Assembly: GCA_004295055.1 (NCBI GenBank)
Contig: SHNJ01000010.1
Span: forward strand, 2,136-66,135
Length of the DNA stretch: 64,000 nucleotides
Source: Alphaproteobacteria bacterium
GTDB taxonomy: Bacteria > Pseudomonadota > Alphaproteobacteria > SHNJ01
Direction: 5' to 3'
Part shown: positions 51,001 through 59,930 of the stretch, in pieces
How positions within the stretch are numbered: position 1 is the stretch's first letter
Layout of the letters: each line of letters begins with the position of its first letter
The notes under the pieces: model-generated
What the model was told of the DNA's origin: nothing
What the model saw: the letters and a program-made list of their open reading frames with translations, nothing else
The model's database searches: none
Translations under genes and position numbers: made by a program

Positions 51001-51219
51001 TCAGAATTTATGGTCGTACAACTGTTTATACAAATCGTCATCATCAATAGAACCATGATTCTGAATATCTGCGTATTTTTTTTGTAATTCCAAAGCTTGC
51101 TGTAATTCTCTGTTCGCTTGCCGGGTCTGAACATATTTAGATATAAAAACTAAATTGATTATAGATTTAACCACAAGCTGAATGAAATCTATAATAATTT
51201 GCATCCAGCCCATGGCCAA
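51001..51219 (-). CDS. 72-aa phage lysis-cassette small membrane protein (spanin/holin-like).
   Basis: An N-terminal TM helix is followed by a charged coiled region. It lies downstream of the endolysin. Confidence 0.35.
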   Translation of the reverse strand: MAMGWMQIIIDFIQLVVKSIINLVFISKYVQTRQANRELQQALELQKKYADIQNHGSIDDDDLYKQLYDHKF

Positions 51220-51227
51220 GATTTACG

Positions 51228-51410
51228 TTAAGAATTTGAATTGCGCGCGTGCCCAATATTAAGGGCTAATACGTCTACGATTGATTTTACTTTATCTACA
51301 ACATAGTTATCCGTAGACGTTGGTGTTAATGCAGAAATAGCCGATGCCGCAGCAATCACGGATGTAACAACCTGCAATAACAATTCATAATTTTGTAATA
51401 ACCAATTCAT
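51228..51410 (-). CDS. 60-aa phage small membrane protein (holin/antiholin-like).
   Basis: Single TM segment. It lies immediately downstream of the endolysin. Confidence 0.35.
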   Translation of the reverse strand: MNWLLQNYELLLQVVTSVIAAASAISALTPTSTDNYVVDKVKSIVDVLALNIGHARNSNS

Positions 51411-51419
51411 TTGCTCTCC

Positions 51420-52004
51420 TTAAGAATAGGCACGATTTAACCAACCGGTCAAAAATTTATCTTGACCGGGATTTAACCGCGCGATTAATCTGTAAAAACC
51501 CGCTGCTTCCGCACGCAAAGCGGCCAGCAATGCATCACGATTAGCATTATTGGCGGCACGGAAGGTAGCCGTCCCTAATTTTCCATCAATAATAATTTTT
51601 ATTCCTAAAGCCAAAAGCGCCTGTTGTAACAGGCAATGCGCCTGGCTTGGTCCCATATTGACGGCAAGATCGAAGACTTTAGTGGCCAAGCACCAATCGT
51701 TAAATTTACCATATTGAAACTTATTCCAGAATTCCCGCCAATAAAAATCGATAGCCTGATCGCGAGTCAACAATTCCACATCTCGGCGATCAACCATGCC
51801 ATCTTTATTGATGTCCCCTTCCGGAAATAGTTCTAAAAATTTTAGTGATATGCCAAAATTGGTTGGTCCGCCGCGATCGCCTTTTTTATCCGCAAAACCG
51901 CCTTCATGGGAAAGTACGATATCAACAGCCCTTGCGAAACTATCATCAATCACCAATGGCATAAACACCTCATTCTGTCTTGTTGTTCCACATATATTTT
52001 GCAT
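51420..52004 (-). CDS. Phage endolysin: glycoside hydrolase family 108 lysozyme with a C-terminal PG_binding_3 domain.
   Basis: The GH108 motif (VLSHEGGFADKKGDRGGPTNFGIS, with catalytic Glu in HEGG) and the PG_binding_3 region (DFYWREFWNKFQYGKF...KVFDLAVNMG) are present. Confidence 0.85.
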   Translation of the reverse strand: MQNICGTTRQNEVFMPLVIDDSFARAVDIVLSHEGGFADKKGDRGGPTNFGISLKFLELFPEGDINKDGMVDRRDVELLTRDQAIDFYWREFWNKFQYGKFNDWCLATKVFDLAVNMGPSQAHCLLQQALLALGIKIIIDGKLGTATFRAANNANRDALLAALRAEAAGFYRLIARLNPGQDKFLTGWLNRAYS

Positions 52005-52281
52005 AACAATGCTCGATTGCCGCTGGACCTAAATACGATACCGCGGCAACCAACCCAATGGTCGATCGCCCAGTTAAATGGATCCAATCCGCAAGACCAC
52101 TGCCAACAAAACCCATAAATATTGCTACAGGCAGCTCCAACAGCAAATGTACGCCCCAAAACTGCCGCAAGCCTTTTTGTACTAAAAGAACATGCTTTGC
52201 TAATCTTCCTATAAAAGCTGCGCTGAGGGCAGCTGCGAAACTAGTCAAAGTTTCGCGGACAGTGTCTATGTCAAAAATCAT
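51970..52281 (-). CDS. Putative holin (103 aa, 2-3 TM helices) immediately upstream of the endolysin.
   Basis: Hydrophobic helices. Its position overlaps the start of the endolysin by 35 nt. Confidence 0.45.
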   Translation of the reverse strand: MIFDIDTVRETLTSFAAALSAAFIGRLAKHVLLVQKGLRQFWGVHLLLELPVAIFMGFVGSGLADWIHLTGRSTIGLVAAVSYLGPAAIEHCYAKYMWNNKTE

Positions 52282-53144
52282 AGAAATCCAAACAGACTGC
52301 TGCCTAAATTGGCGATCGATTGTAAAGACTGACGCTGTTGCGCCAAGCGGTTATTATAAGAATTCAATTGCCCTGCGTAATTATTGTTAATTGTCCCAAG
52401 CACATCCACGCCAGGAGTTTGAATGCCGCCATAAAACTGGCTTGGTGTAAATTGCTGTCCGCCTAACAAACTGGCCAACTCCTGCAGCATGCTAGACCTT
52501 GCAGAATTGTTCAGGCCCAAGGATTGCAGTTGATCATTAACCTGAGCTTGGCGCGCGGCCATGGCATTGGCAAACAAGCGCTGCTGTTCTGCACGCCCAG
52601 CCGCAACGGCATCTTGTGCCGCCGATTGCAAGGTTTCATTTTCATTGTCAGTTAAAGCATCAAATTCCTTGCCATATGCGTCAGACCCCATAGGAATGCC
52701 TTGATTAACCAAATCATTTTCTCTTTTAGTGCGGCGCTTTTCAAATTCCGGTCGCAGCAAATTGGCGATTTTATTGTAAGTGGCATCTTCTACTTGCTTC
52801 GCATCGCGTGAAAAGTCATCAATTGTTGGAATGCGGTTTATACCAGAAAAATCGATAGAACTCTGAATTTTAGGCAAGTTCAAATTACCTCCGCCTAATA
52901 AGTTTGCTAACTGCAATGAAAGCTGTTCGCTTACTTCGCGGCTTCTTTTCTGATAGGGACTTTCCAACAATTGCACTGCATTATGATCATAATCTGGCAT
53001 GAAATTACCGCCCGCATCATATTGACCGTACAGCAAACTGCCGCCCCCTGGAAAGAATTGATTTAATCTATTGACCTGCGCTTGTGCTTCTGCCGACTGC
53101 ATCGGATCAGGTGCCGCCGGTGCCTTTGGTGCTTTTTTGCCCAT
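52278..53144 (-). CDS. 288-aa phage protein with Gln/Ala/Gly-rich low complexity (possible internal virion or ejection protein).
   Basis: Intact ORF within the structural block. The composition is like pilot or internal-core proteins. No family was recognised. Confidence 0.45.
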   Translation of the reverse strand: MGKKAPKAPAAPDPMQSAEAQAQVNRLNQFFPGGGSLLYGQYDAGGNFMPDYDHNAVQLLESPYQKRSREVSEQLSLQLANLLGGGNLNLPKIQSSIDFSGINRIPTIDDFSRDAKQVEDATYNKIANLLRPEFEKRRTKRENDLVNQGIPMGSDAYGKEFDALTDNENETLQSAAQDAVAAGRAEQQRLFANAMAARQAQVNDQLQSLGLNNSARSSMLQELASLLGGQQFTPSQFYGGIQTPGVDVLGTINNNYAGQLNSYNNRLAQQRQSLQSIANLGSSLFGFL

Positions 53145-53156
53145 ATTAATCCTTAT

Positions 53157-53576
53157 TTAGTTTTTGTTTATCCAAATACATTCAGACTTAATCATGCCGA
53201 AAACTAGTGCAGCTTCATTGCCATACCATTGCCGCAATACGCCTTCCTGCTTAAATCCTAATCTTTTTAAAAAATCTATAGCTTCACTATTATTTTCCCG
53301 CGTTTGCGCAGTTATTCGTTGACATTGCAACTGCAAGAATGGGTATGAAAATATTTTTCCTAGAATTTTTCTACTAGCCCAGTACGGCGAAATAGATGCA
53401 ATAGTTGCCTGAATATCTGTGCCGTAATAATGATTGAATATTACTCCAGCAATTAATTTATCGTCATCAATTATGCCAATAGTGCTGCATGGGCCAAAAT
53501 CGTCGACATCTGGTTGCAATAGATTTATTGCAAATTTAGCGACTAAACTGTCGGCTCCATACAATATTTTCCGCAT
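53157..53576 (-). CDS. GNAT-family N-acetyltransferase (139 aa) embedded in the phage tail region (moron).
   Basis: A GNAT-fold pattern (acetyl-CoA binding region Q/R-x-x-G-x-G/A-like: RITAQTRENNSEAIDFLKRLGF) and a typical length are present. It sits between tail-fibre and internal-protein genes. Confidence 0.55.
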   Translation of the reverse strand: MRKILYGADSLVAKFAINLLQPDVDDFGPCSTIGIIDDDKLIAGVIFNHYYGTDIQATIASISPYWASRKILGKIFSYPFLQLQCQRITAQTRENNSEAIDFLKRLGFKQEGVLRQWYGNEAALVFGMIKSECIWINKN

Positions 53577-53582
53577 TATTTT

Positions 53583-54002
53583 CTAGCTAACAACAATAGA
53601 CACATAATCATATTGGATTCTGTATGCAAAAGTTGCGGCGGATGCCGCTCCGGCATTTTTGCAAGTCACGGCCAGCGATAACGCGGTATTCGGTCCGCAC
53701 TTGAATACGCCTGACGCCGCGGAACGTTCGTTTGTTCCATCGATTTGAATACCCACAGCGGATCCCGTACTGCCGGAACTGGAATATCCCAGTGCCCCGG
53801 GAATCGTAATTGCCGCGTGGTTTAAATTATTGGTTGATGCGGTAGATGCGGTAACTTGGTAATTTACAATAAATATGGCATTTGCTGTGTTGGGTGTGGT
53901 GAAGACACTGATCCCGCCGCTGCCAATACCATTGGCCGTAGAAACTGAATTTGTAAAAGTTCCGGTAACCACGTTTGAAGAACCGGCTGTTGTAATTGGC
54001 AT
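53583..54002 (-). CDS. 139-aa Gly/Ser/Thr/Ala-rich phage tail-fibre-associated protein.
   Basis: The composition is typical of fibre tips. It lies adjacent to the tail fibre gene. Confidence 0.45.
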   Translation of the reverse strand: MPITTAGSSNVVTGTFTNSVSTANGIGSGGISVFTTPNTANAIFIVNYQVTASTASTNNLNHAAITIPGALGYSSSGSTGSAVGIQIDGTNERSAASGVFKCGPNTALSLAVTCKNAGAASAATFAYRIQYDYVSIVVS

Positions 54003-54011
54003 TACTATCTC

Positions 54012-55010
54012 CTAAATTTGCAATAATGAAAAAATTAATGCGGATTCATCCGCATGTTGGCGTGTTGCCATAGGCGATGATGTAAAACTGGCTACCCCGC
54101 CTGTCGTAAAACTCAATCCTGCTCCTGCTGTGGAAGGCAATGCATTAGGCATCGTCAAATCAAAACTGGCCGTAATACTGTCAGGTGCCTTTACACGAAC
54201 AACTTGTACGCCATTAGCCGCCAGTTCTTGCAATTGAATGCGACCGGCATCTCCCGGATTAATTCCAATTGAGCCAAAGGTGGAACCTGGCGATTGCCAG
54301 GTCAGTAATCCCGTTCCATCATTCGTCAAAGTTGTACCGGCACTGCCCTGAATATTCGGTAAAGTAACCGAATAACCGGTACCGATTGCATCTGGTGCAC
54401 GAAAAGTAATCTGTTCCGTTCCATTTGTGGCCAATTCTTTCAGTCGAATAGCGCCAGCTTGACCAGCCCCTACACCATCCGGTGCAAAAGTTTTGTTGCT
54501 AATATCTTGCATGGCGCTATCCAAAATTATAGTTCCGGAACTATCCGGAATAACAACGGTTCTGGCCGCAGAAAGACTTTGCGGCTGCAACACCGATTCA
54601 TAACCGCTGTTTTTAAAAGCAGCACCGGAGGATTCTCTGATAATTTGCGTACCGTCTTGTAAAACTACATTACCACTGTAATCCGGTAACGTATAAGTAC
54701 GGGTTGCAGTCAATGGGCCGGTCTGTAAATCACCATAATTTGTGGCTCCATTAAATAATCTTACCCCACCAGAGACGAAGGCTTGCAGCCACCGCAAACT
54801 GGCGGATCCAAGATTATAAGTTGCATCCACATGAGGTTTAAAGTCCGCTGTCGGCTTGCTTTCATTATTTTTGGTCAAGCAAGCCTGAATCCCTGCGGCC
54901 AAATTGTCATCTTCCTGATCGTGCAGCGAAGCTACAATTTTAATTCCATTATTCTTGTCTGTTACCCAATTTCGTAAGCGCGTGTATATACCGCTGCCAT
55001 TCCAAGGCAT
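54012..55010 (-). CDS. Phage tail fibre protein (332 aa).
   Basis: Repetitive Gly-rich beta-type sequence (TFRAPDAIGTGYSVTLP... / VKAPDSITASFDLTMP internal repeat). It lies downstream of the tail tubular genes. Confidence 0.6.
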   Translation of the reverse strand: MPWNGSGIYTRLRNWVTDKNNGIKIVASLHDQEDDNLAAGIQACLTKNNESKPTADFKPHVDATYNLGSASLRWLQAFVSGGVRLFNGATNYGDLQTGPLTATRTYTLPDYSGNVVLQDGTQIIRESSGAAFKNSGYESVLQPQSLSAARTVVIPDSSGTIILDSAMQDISNKTFAPDGVGAGQAGAIRLKELATNGTEQITFRAPDAIGTGYSVTLPNIQGSAGTTLTNDGTGLLTWQSPGSTFGSIGINPGDAGRIQLQELAANGVQVVRVKAPDSITASFDLTMPNALPSTAGAGLSFTTGGVASFTSSPMATRQHADESALIFSLLQI

Positions 55011-55035
55011 TCTAATCTCCTAATTTTACCGATGT

Positions 55036-56547
55036 TTATACGTATCCAGCTGGTTCGAACAAATATTCGAGACTGAACCATTTACAGGACTGCTGACCTA
55101 AAGCGGCGATTACCCGAGTAGATACATTAAGCCCAATTCCGGCGACCGATACCCATGGGCGGATTATCGTATTTTCGCCTGCCCAGGCACTAAGATCCCA
55201 AGGACTATTATCCCATTCCGGCGCATTGCCGGAAAAATTGGATACACTATAAGTTGCGGCCGGGGTTTCAAAATCAAATGCCAGCGCAAGCGAAATTGGT
55301 AAGGCCCCTTCACTTTCAAAAACCGGTTTCAACGCCGTAAATCGTTTAATTTGTCCACGAGAGTTTAAATAATTCCATGCAGTCTGTGCGGAAAATGTAA
55401 TGGGATTGCCGTTATCGTTATGTCCTTCATCTGCCAAGTACACATTCCCGTCTATGCCTCCAAAATATAATTTATCATTATACAGGGACCAGCATATTCC
55501 ATTTAGACCTTCGAATTTGGTCCATGTATTGGTCAGAGTATTAAAAATATGCTGATCGAATCGCGTTTCCGATACTGGCACATTAAATAGTAAATAATTG
55601 CCCTGCGGATACATCAAAGCCTGCCAACCAAAATTACCGGCATATAAATTGGCCGCTTCTTTGACTGCGCCATTAATTTTATCGGAAATGGCACGGGCAC
55701 TGGCAGCGCGCCCGGCATCCAACACTTTAGATAACGGCACATATCCATCTTTGGTCATTACCACTACTTCAGAGCCTACCTTTAAGGCTCCGCGGGAAGA
55801 TAGCGGTGCGCCAAGGCGGAAAATACCGACCAACGCCCAGTCGGCAGCCGAACCAGGATCGCTGCCTTGATAAATTATTACATCCCCGCTCGACATAATG
55901 AAAATGGCCAGATCATCTACACCGTCCCCGCCATCCACAGTCCAAGATTGAATTGCAATCAAATTCCCGCCAAATCCGGAAACACGGCCTAGTGGAAATT
56001 TATTTAAACTGCCGCCTAGCGCACCAGTGGCGCTGTACCAGAAATCCTGGCTGTCTTTTTCCCAAAAATAGGATCGATTTTTAAATGTAAATACGCCAAT
56101 CAAATTATTGATGGTCAAATCTGTGCCTGAAACTGTCAAGGCAGAAACTGCCATTCCATCATACATTTGTGGCGGATCAATACCATTGACTAGCGCCATT
56201 CGTGCACCGCCACTGGCATCGTCAAATTGCGAAAATGACCAGCGATCATTTTGAAATCCACTGGCAAGGGCGATACCAACCGCGCCGGGTGTGGAAATAT
56301 CGTAAATAGCATTATTGCTAGCGGCGATAAACTTGCGCGATGCTCCGGCATTAAATTCCGCTAATGTTTCCACTGGTCCAGGCATATCCGATGCATAAGT
56401 CACATACCCTTTGCGGGTTTGCACCCGGCCAACAGTTGGAAACCAATTGGTTAATATCACCGCATCTTCCGGAGGCATTTGATCCAAAGCGTCTCGCGTG
56501 TTCCACCCGCCAACAGGAGACACTATTTGTATTGCTTTTGCTGTCAT
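55036..56547 (-). CDS. Phage tail protein (503 aa), podovirus tail tubular protein B-like.
   Basis: Its size and its position after a ~200-aa tubular-A-like gene match the podovirus arrangement. Beta-rich sequence. Confidence 0.55.
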   Translation of the reverse strand: MTAKAIQIVSPVGGWNTRDALDQMPPEDAVILTNWFPTVGRVQTRKGYVTYASDMPGPVETLAEFNAGASRKFIAASNNAIYDISTPGAVGIALASGFQNDRWSFSQFDDASGGARMALVNGIDPPQMYDGMAVSALTVSGTDLTINNLIGVFTFKNRSYFWEKDSQDFWYSATGALGGSLNKFPLGRVSGFGGNLIAIQSWTVDGGDGVDDLAIFIMSSGDVIIYQGSDPGSAADWALVGIFRLGAPLSSRGALKVGSEVVVMTKDGYVPLSKVLDAGRAASARAISDKINGAVKEAANLYAGNFGWQALMYPQGNYLLFNVPVSETRFDQHIFNTLTNTWTKFEGLNGICWSLYNDKLYFGGIDGNVYLADEGHNDNGNPITFSAQTAWNYLNSRGQIKRFTALKPVFESEGALPISLALAFDFETPAATYSVSNFSGNAPEWDNSPWDLSAWAGENTIIRPWVSVAGIGLNVSTRVIAALGQQSCKWFSLEYLFEPAGYV

Positions 56548-56557
56548 AAATTTGTCT

Positions 56558-57271
56558 TTAGAAATTCGCTTCTGGTAAATTTAATGCAATATCTTGCATA
56601 CAATTAGACTGTAAATTTAACTTGGGCATTCCACCATCACGGGCTATAGCTTGCGAGACTTCGCGTTCATATTCCTGCAACGCCATGGCGTAATCCAATC
56701 CTTTTGCCAGCAAAAACCTCCAGACCACACCCATAATCACAAGATTTTCCGGCAGTATAGATTCATCACTATCGTCTTGCCAAACATTGCTGGTTTGTGT
56801 GCCTGCTAAATTGCGCACCCAATTTTGGGAAACATATTCCAATATCAACGCATCGCCATTTATGGGTGGCACAGGATCAATATAAATCTGATTTATAATA
56901 TCAGCACCGCGCTTAATACGAAAATTTCTTTTAATGCCCACCGATCCAATTAAACCGGATTTTTTTTGTTGCCATTGTTGCGGACTTAATGGTCCGCGCA
57001 TGGATTGGTATGCGCTGCGATCCCATAATGTATTGTCGATCAATCGATCAAAATCGTCTGGTAAATCATAATTTTCTTGGCCACCGACTGTAGTAATATC
57101 ATATTCTTTCTGCAGCATGGTCCAATTATGTCGCCGTGCCAATATTTTGCCTTCCCGATTGCACAGCGCCAGGATTTGCCGCGCCGTAGCATCGGTATTA
57201 CCATATAAAAAAGCGGGCGGTTCAAAACCAACCTCATACGCCACATTCTGCGCAATGGATAATAAATTCAT
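56558..57271 (-). CDS. Phage tail protein (237 aa), tail tubular protein A-like.
   Basis: Position and size only. There is no motif-level confirmation. Confidence 0.45.
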   Translation of the reverse strand: MNLLSIAQNVAYEVGFEPPAFLYGNTDATARQILALCNREGKILARRHNWTMLQKEYDITTVGGQENYDLPDDFDRLIDNTLWDRSAYQSMRGPLSPQQWQQKKSGLIGSVGIKRNFRIKRGADIINQIYIDPVPPINGDALILEYVSQNWVRNLAGTQTSNVWQDDSDESILPENLVIMGVVWRFLLAKGLDYAMALQEYEREVSQAIARDGGMPKLNLQSNCMQDIALNLPEANF

Positions 57272-57288
57272 AATAATGTCCCTTTAAT

Positions 57289-57690
57289 TTATTCGGGAAG
57301 CGTTTGCCACCAGTCAATACGCTGTTGTGCAGTATCGGGGTTGCCATCTTCGTTGCCGTCAAATTCCGGCGCTTGAGCCTCTAACCAGCGCCAACGAATA
57401 TTGTCATCTGCTTCAAGGCCCTGCTGCAAAGGGCGGAATAATAAATCATTAATCCAGTCTCTTTGTTGCTGCCATGCTTCGTCTCCGTTTGCTACTTTGA
57501 TCAAACGCTCGTTACCGCTCCATGAAAATACTTCGGAGAGCTCGGAACCAGGAGAGTTTAAAGTGTGTCTAAGAGCACATTCATCTCTGATTGATTGTAT
57601 GTCCGCGTGATTGTTGCCGATTAAAAAATACCAGTTTTTTGTCACTGTCCTTCTCCCGATACTGGTAAATCCAGTACCATTTGATTGCAT
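57289..57690 (-). CDS. 133-aa phage hypothetical protein.
   Basis: ORF within the co-oriented structural block. It overlaps the upstream gene by 49 nt, so its true start may be internal. Confidence 0.4.
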   Translation of the reverse strand: MQSNGTGFTSIGRRTVTKNWYFLIGNNHADIQSIRDECALRHTLNSPGSELSEVFSWSGNERLIKVANGDEAWQQQRDWINDLLFRPLQQGLEADDNIRWRWLEAQAPEFDGNEDGNPDTAQQRIDWWQTLPE

Positions 57691-58454
57691 GGGCCTGCGA
57701 CAGCGCTAAGTGCCCCAACTACCGCGAAATTTCCTCCGAAACCATCGTTAATTCCATAGTCAACAACGGAGTTCTTCAAATATATTATTGGGGCACTACC
57801 GCTAGCCCACCCACTATTGCGGCTATACCGCAAATCACAAGTTGGTTTCTTACCGGCAGTAATAAATGCGCGCCTATTATTATCCAAACTTATATCAAGA
57901 AAATTTGAATTGCTCAGATAGAATCCTGCCAAATCGCCGTTAAAACGATGGGAAGCATTTGCGCCCCCAATACTGTGAAAGCTGTCCGTATAATCAATAT
58001 TAAATGGGCCAGATGCATCACTAACGATTGTTGTGCTTAGCGCATCATTGACATAAATCATCCCTATTTTATTTCCTGCCGAGTAATTAGTATCCCACGA
58101 TGCAATTATGTGCGTATAGTCTGTTGTTACCGCCGGCCCAAAATTAGCTACGGTTTCAAAAATAAACTGGTCTGTTCCATTACTGGCCTGTAATTGAACA
58201 CGGATTTTATAAGCACTTGTTCTATAAATACGCACGTGCTGATTCTGCGTACTGTAAATGTCGCGATCAACAGCCCCTATTCCATTTAATCTGAACCAAA
58301 AGCTAATAATGCCTTGAGGTCCATCCAAATTTGCCGATAAATCCGTACTGACTTTTAGGTAATCGTTTGTGCCATCAAAATTTGCGGCATTAGCCAGACA
58401 ATTAACGGCACAATATGGATTAGATAATCGATGTTGGGTAATAAACATGATCAA
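57642..58454 (-). CDS. 270-aa phage protein with a concanavalin-A-like lectin/glucanase (LamG-like) fold signature. It may be a virion adhesin or receptor-binding protein.
   Basis: The beta-sandwich-type sequence FDGTNDYLKV...GIISFWFRL...GDLAGFYL resembles LamG-like domains. Confidence 0.5.
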   Translation of the reverse strand: MIMFITQHRLSNPYCAVNCLANAANFDGTNDYLKVSTDLSANLDGPQGIISFWFRLNGIGAVDRDIYSTQNQHVRIYRTSAYKIRVQLQASNGTDQFIFETVANFGPAVTTDYTHIIASWDTNYSAGNKIGMIYVNDALSTTIVSDASGPFNIDYTDSFHSIGGANASHRFNGDLAGFYLSNSNFLDISLDNNRRAFITAGKKPTCDLRYSRNSGWASGSAPIIYLKNSVVDYGINDGFGGNFAVVGALSAVAGPCNQMVLDLPVSGEGQ

Positions 58455-58778
58455 TTACAATATGCATTCGCTTACATTCAATTTACCGCCCCCAGTATCT
58501 TGAATAACGGCAATCTTCTCCCCTGGTGAAATTTCAGTAAATTCAACGACGTTTGCCGGTAAAAATGTGCTTGTACTGGTTGCAGTTGGATTTGTACCCA
58601 ATGCAATGCGGCAAGCAGTTGTGGATACCAGCCGGATAATTTTGTTTGGTGTTTGACCTGCGGTGCCAATTGCGGCGGACTGCGCACTGCTGGCGCCAAC
58701 CGTCACGTCTTGCGATGTACTTAGCTTAACAGTGGGCAGGAAATTCCCGCCATTTAATATCAATGCCATTATGGTCAT
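58455..58778 (-). CDS. 107-aa phage structural hypothetical protein.
   Basis: ORF in the structural block with Ala/Thr/Gly-rich composition. Confidence 0.4.
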   Translation of the reverse strand: MTIMALILNGGNFLPTVKLSTSQDVTVGASSAQSAAIGTAGQTPNKIIRLVSTTACRIALGTNPTATSTSTFLPANVVEFTEISPGEKIAVIQDTGGGKLNVSECIL

Positions 58779-58788
58779 CCTCTTTCTC

Positions 58789-59388
58789 TTATTCAGTTTT
58801 CAATTTTAATTTTTCTTTCTTTTTATCTTGGATCAGGCTTTTTAATTCTTTGATCTGAGATAAAAAGAACTCATTTTTTTGATGCAATTCTGCGATTTGT
58901 TCCTGCAATCTTAGATTTTCGGCGGCAATACGTTCTACCGCACCATTATCTTTGGATGCTTCCAAGAATGCTTTTGCCTTAGCCTGCAATTCACGCGCAC
59001 CCATACCGATGCGTTGCAACCCTTGGTCCGATAGTTCCGCCAATACTTCTACGGTTGGTACGTGCATGGCGCGCAATTCCGCGATCTGAGATACCGACAA
59101 GGCTGGCCATTGCTCTAGTGGGGTGCCTTCTACCGGCTGCGCCGCATTTTCTGTATAAGCTTTCCATTGATCCGCCCAGCGCGCACGGTCATCATCGCGA
59201 ACTTTCCGATCAATAATTGTGTTCTTATCTCCAGGAATATGTATCTGGATATAATCTTCTTCACGAAAAATCGGCCGACCTTGCTGTTCACTGGCCAATT
59301 TATCTTGTACCGCGCGCCTGTAAAACATGGGCACCAAAATATCTTTGGTGGCATTAGAAGTCTTAGGTAACGATAATTCCGGCAGCAT
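58789..59388 (-). CDS. 199-aa phage hypothetical protein with a C-terminal coiled coil.
   Basis: ORF in the structural block. The Lys/Glu-rich C-terminus LQEQIAELHQKNEFFLSQIKELKSLIQDKKKEKLKLKTE looks coiled-coil. Confidence 0.45.
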   Translation of the reverse strand: MLPELSLPKTSNATKDILVPMFYRRAVQDKLASEQQGRPIFREEDYIQIHIPGDKNTIIDRKVRDDDRARWADQWKAYTENAAQPVEGTPLEQWPALSVSQIAELRAMHVPTVEVLAELSDQGLQRIGMGARELQAKAKAFLEASKDNGAVERIAAENLRLQEQIAELHQKNEFFLSQIKELKSLIQDKKKEKLKLKTE

Positions 59389-59397
59389 TTATTGGTC

Positions 59398-59442
59398 CTT
59401 TCAAGAAAAGGACAGAGGATGAAACCATCCTCTGTCTTAGAT
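59398..59442 (-). terminator. Intragenic-cluster rho-independent terminator (gacagaggatg-gtttc-atcctctgtc followed by a U-rich tract on the minus strand) after the capsid and decoration genes.
   Basis: 10-bp perfect stem seen in the sequence. The minus-strand transcript follows it with cttttcttg. Confidence 0.65.
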
Positions 59443-59443
59443 A

Positions 59444-59914
59444 TTAAGCGTTCACGGTGCCGCGAATCACCGATGGACTCACGGAAGCGCGCAATGTTTG
59501 CGTGGCATTACTGCCACTGGTCGTCGTTGCGCAAACACCATGAACCATGGTTTGCGATGTCGACACATGACTGAGATGCCCGGCCGTTCCAGTAGTATAC
59601 AATGGAACGTTTACCGTGGTGTTGGCGAGCATGTTGCCGCGCACACCGACGCCACGCCGTGCCACCCACCCCCAATTGCCTGATGTAAATGCCGCTTGGG
59701 CAAAGCCCACGATCGGCAACGTATCGGCCAGAGTTTTGGTAATGGCTTGCGCGGAAAAGCTGGAATCAACCGCGACACAATCGCCACTGTTGATTGTTGC
59801 ACCAGCCTGAACATAAATATATTCAGCGCCAGTGCTGTCCATGCCCACACTACCCGCCTTATGAAGGGGTGTAGCGGAACGATCAGTCGGATCAAGACCT
59901 ATGATATAACTCAT
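59444..59914 (-). CDS. 156-aa phage head-associated protein (possible decoration or minor capsid protein).
   Basis: Lies immediately downstream of the capsid gene. Gly/Thr/Ala-rich beta-type sequence. It is followed by a terminator. Confidence 0.45.
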   Translation of the reverse strand: MSYIIGLDPTDRSATPLHKAGSVGMDSTGAEYIYVQAGATINSGDCVAVDSSFSAQAITKTLADTLPIVGFAQAAFTSGNWGWVARRGVGVRGNMLANTTVNVPLYTTGTAGHLSHVSTSQTMVHGVCATTTSGSNATQTLRASVSPSVIRGTVNA

Positions 59915-59930
59915 CTTTGTTCTCCTATAA

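Noticed and set aside
50825-51134. Overlapping 77-aa (+) and 101-aa (-) ORFs in the AT-rich tRNA-phage junction.
   Set aside because: They are mutually overlapping, lie in low-complexity AT-rich DNA, and show no RBS or coding signal. The 101-aa ORF also overlaps the better-supported 72-aa lysis-cassette gene.
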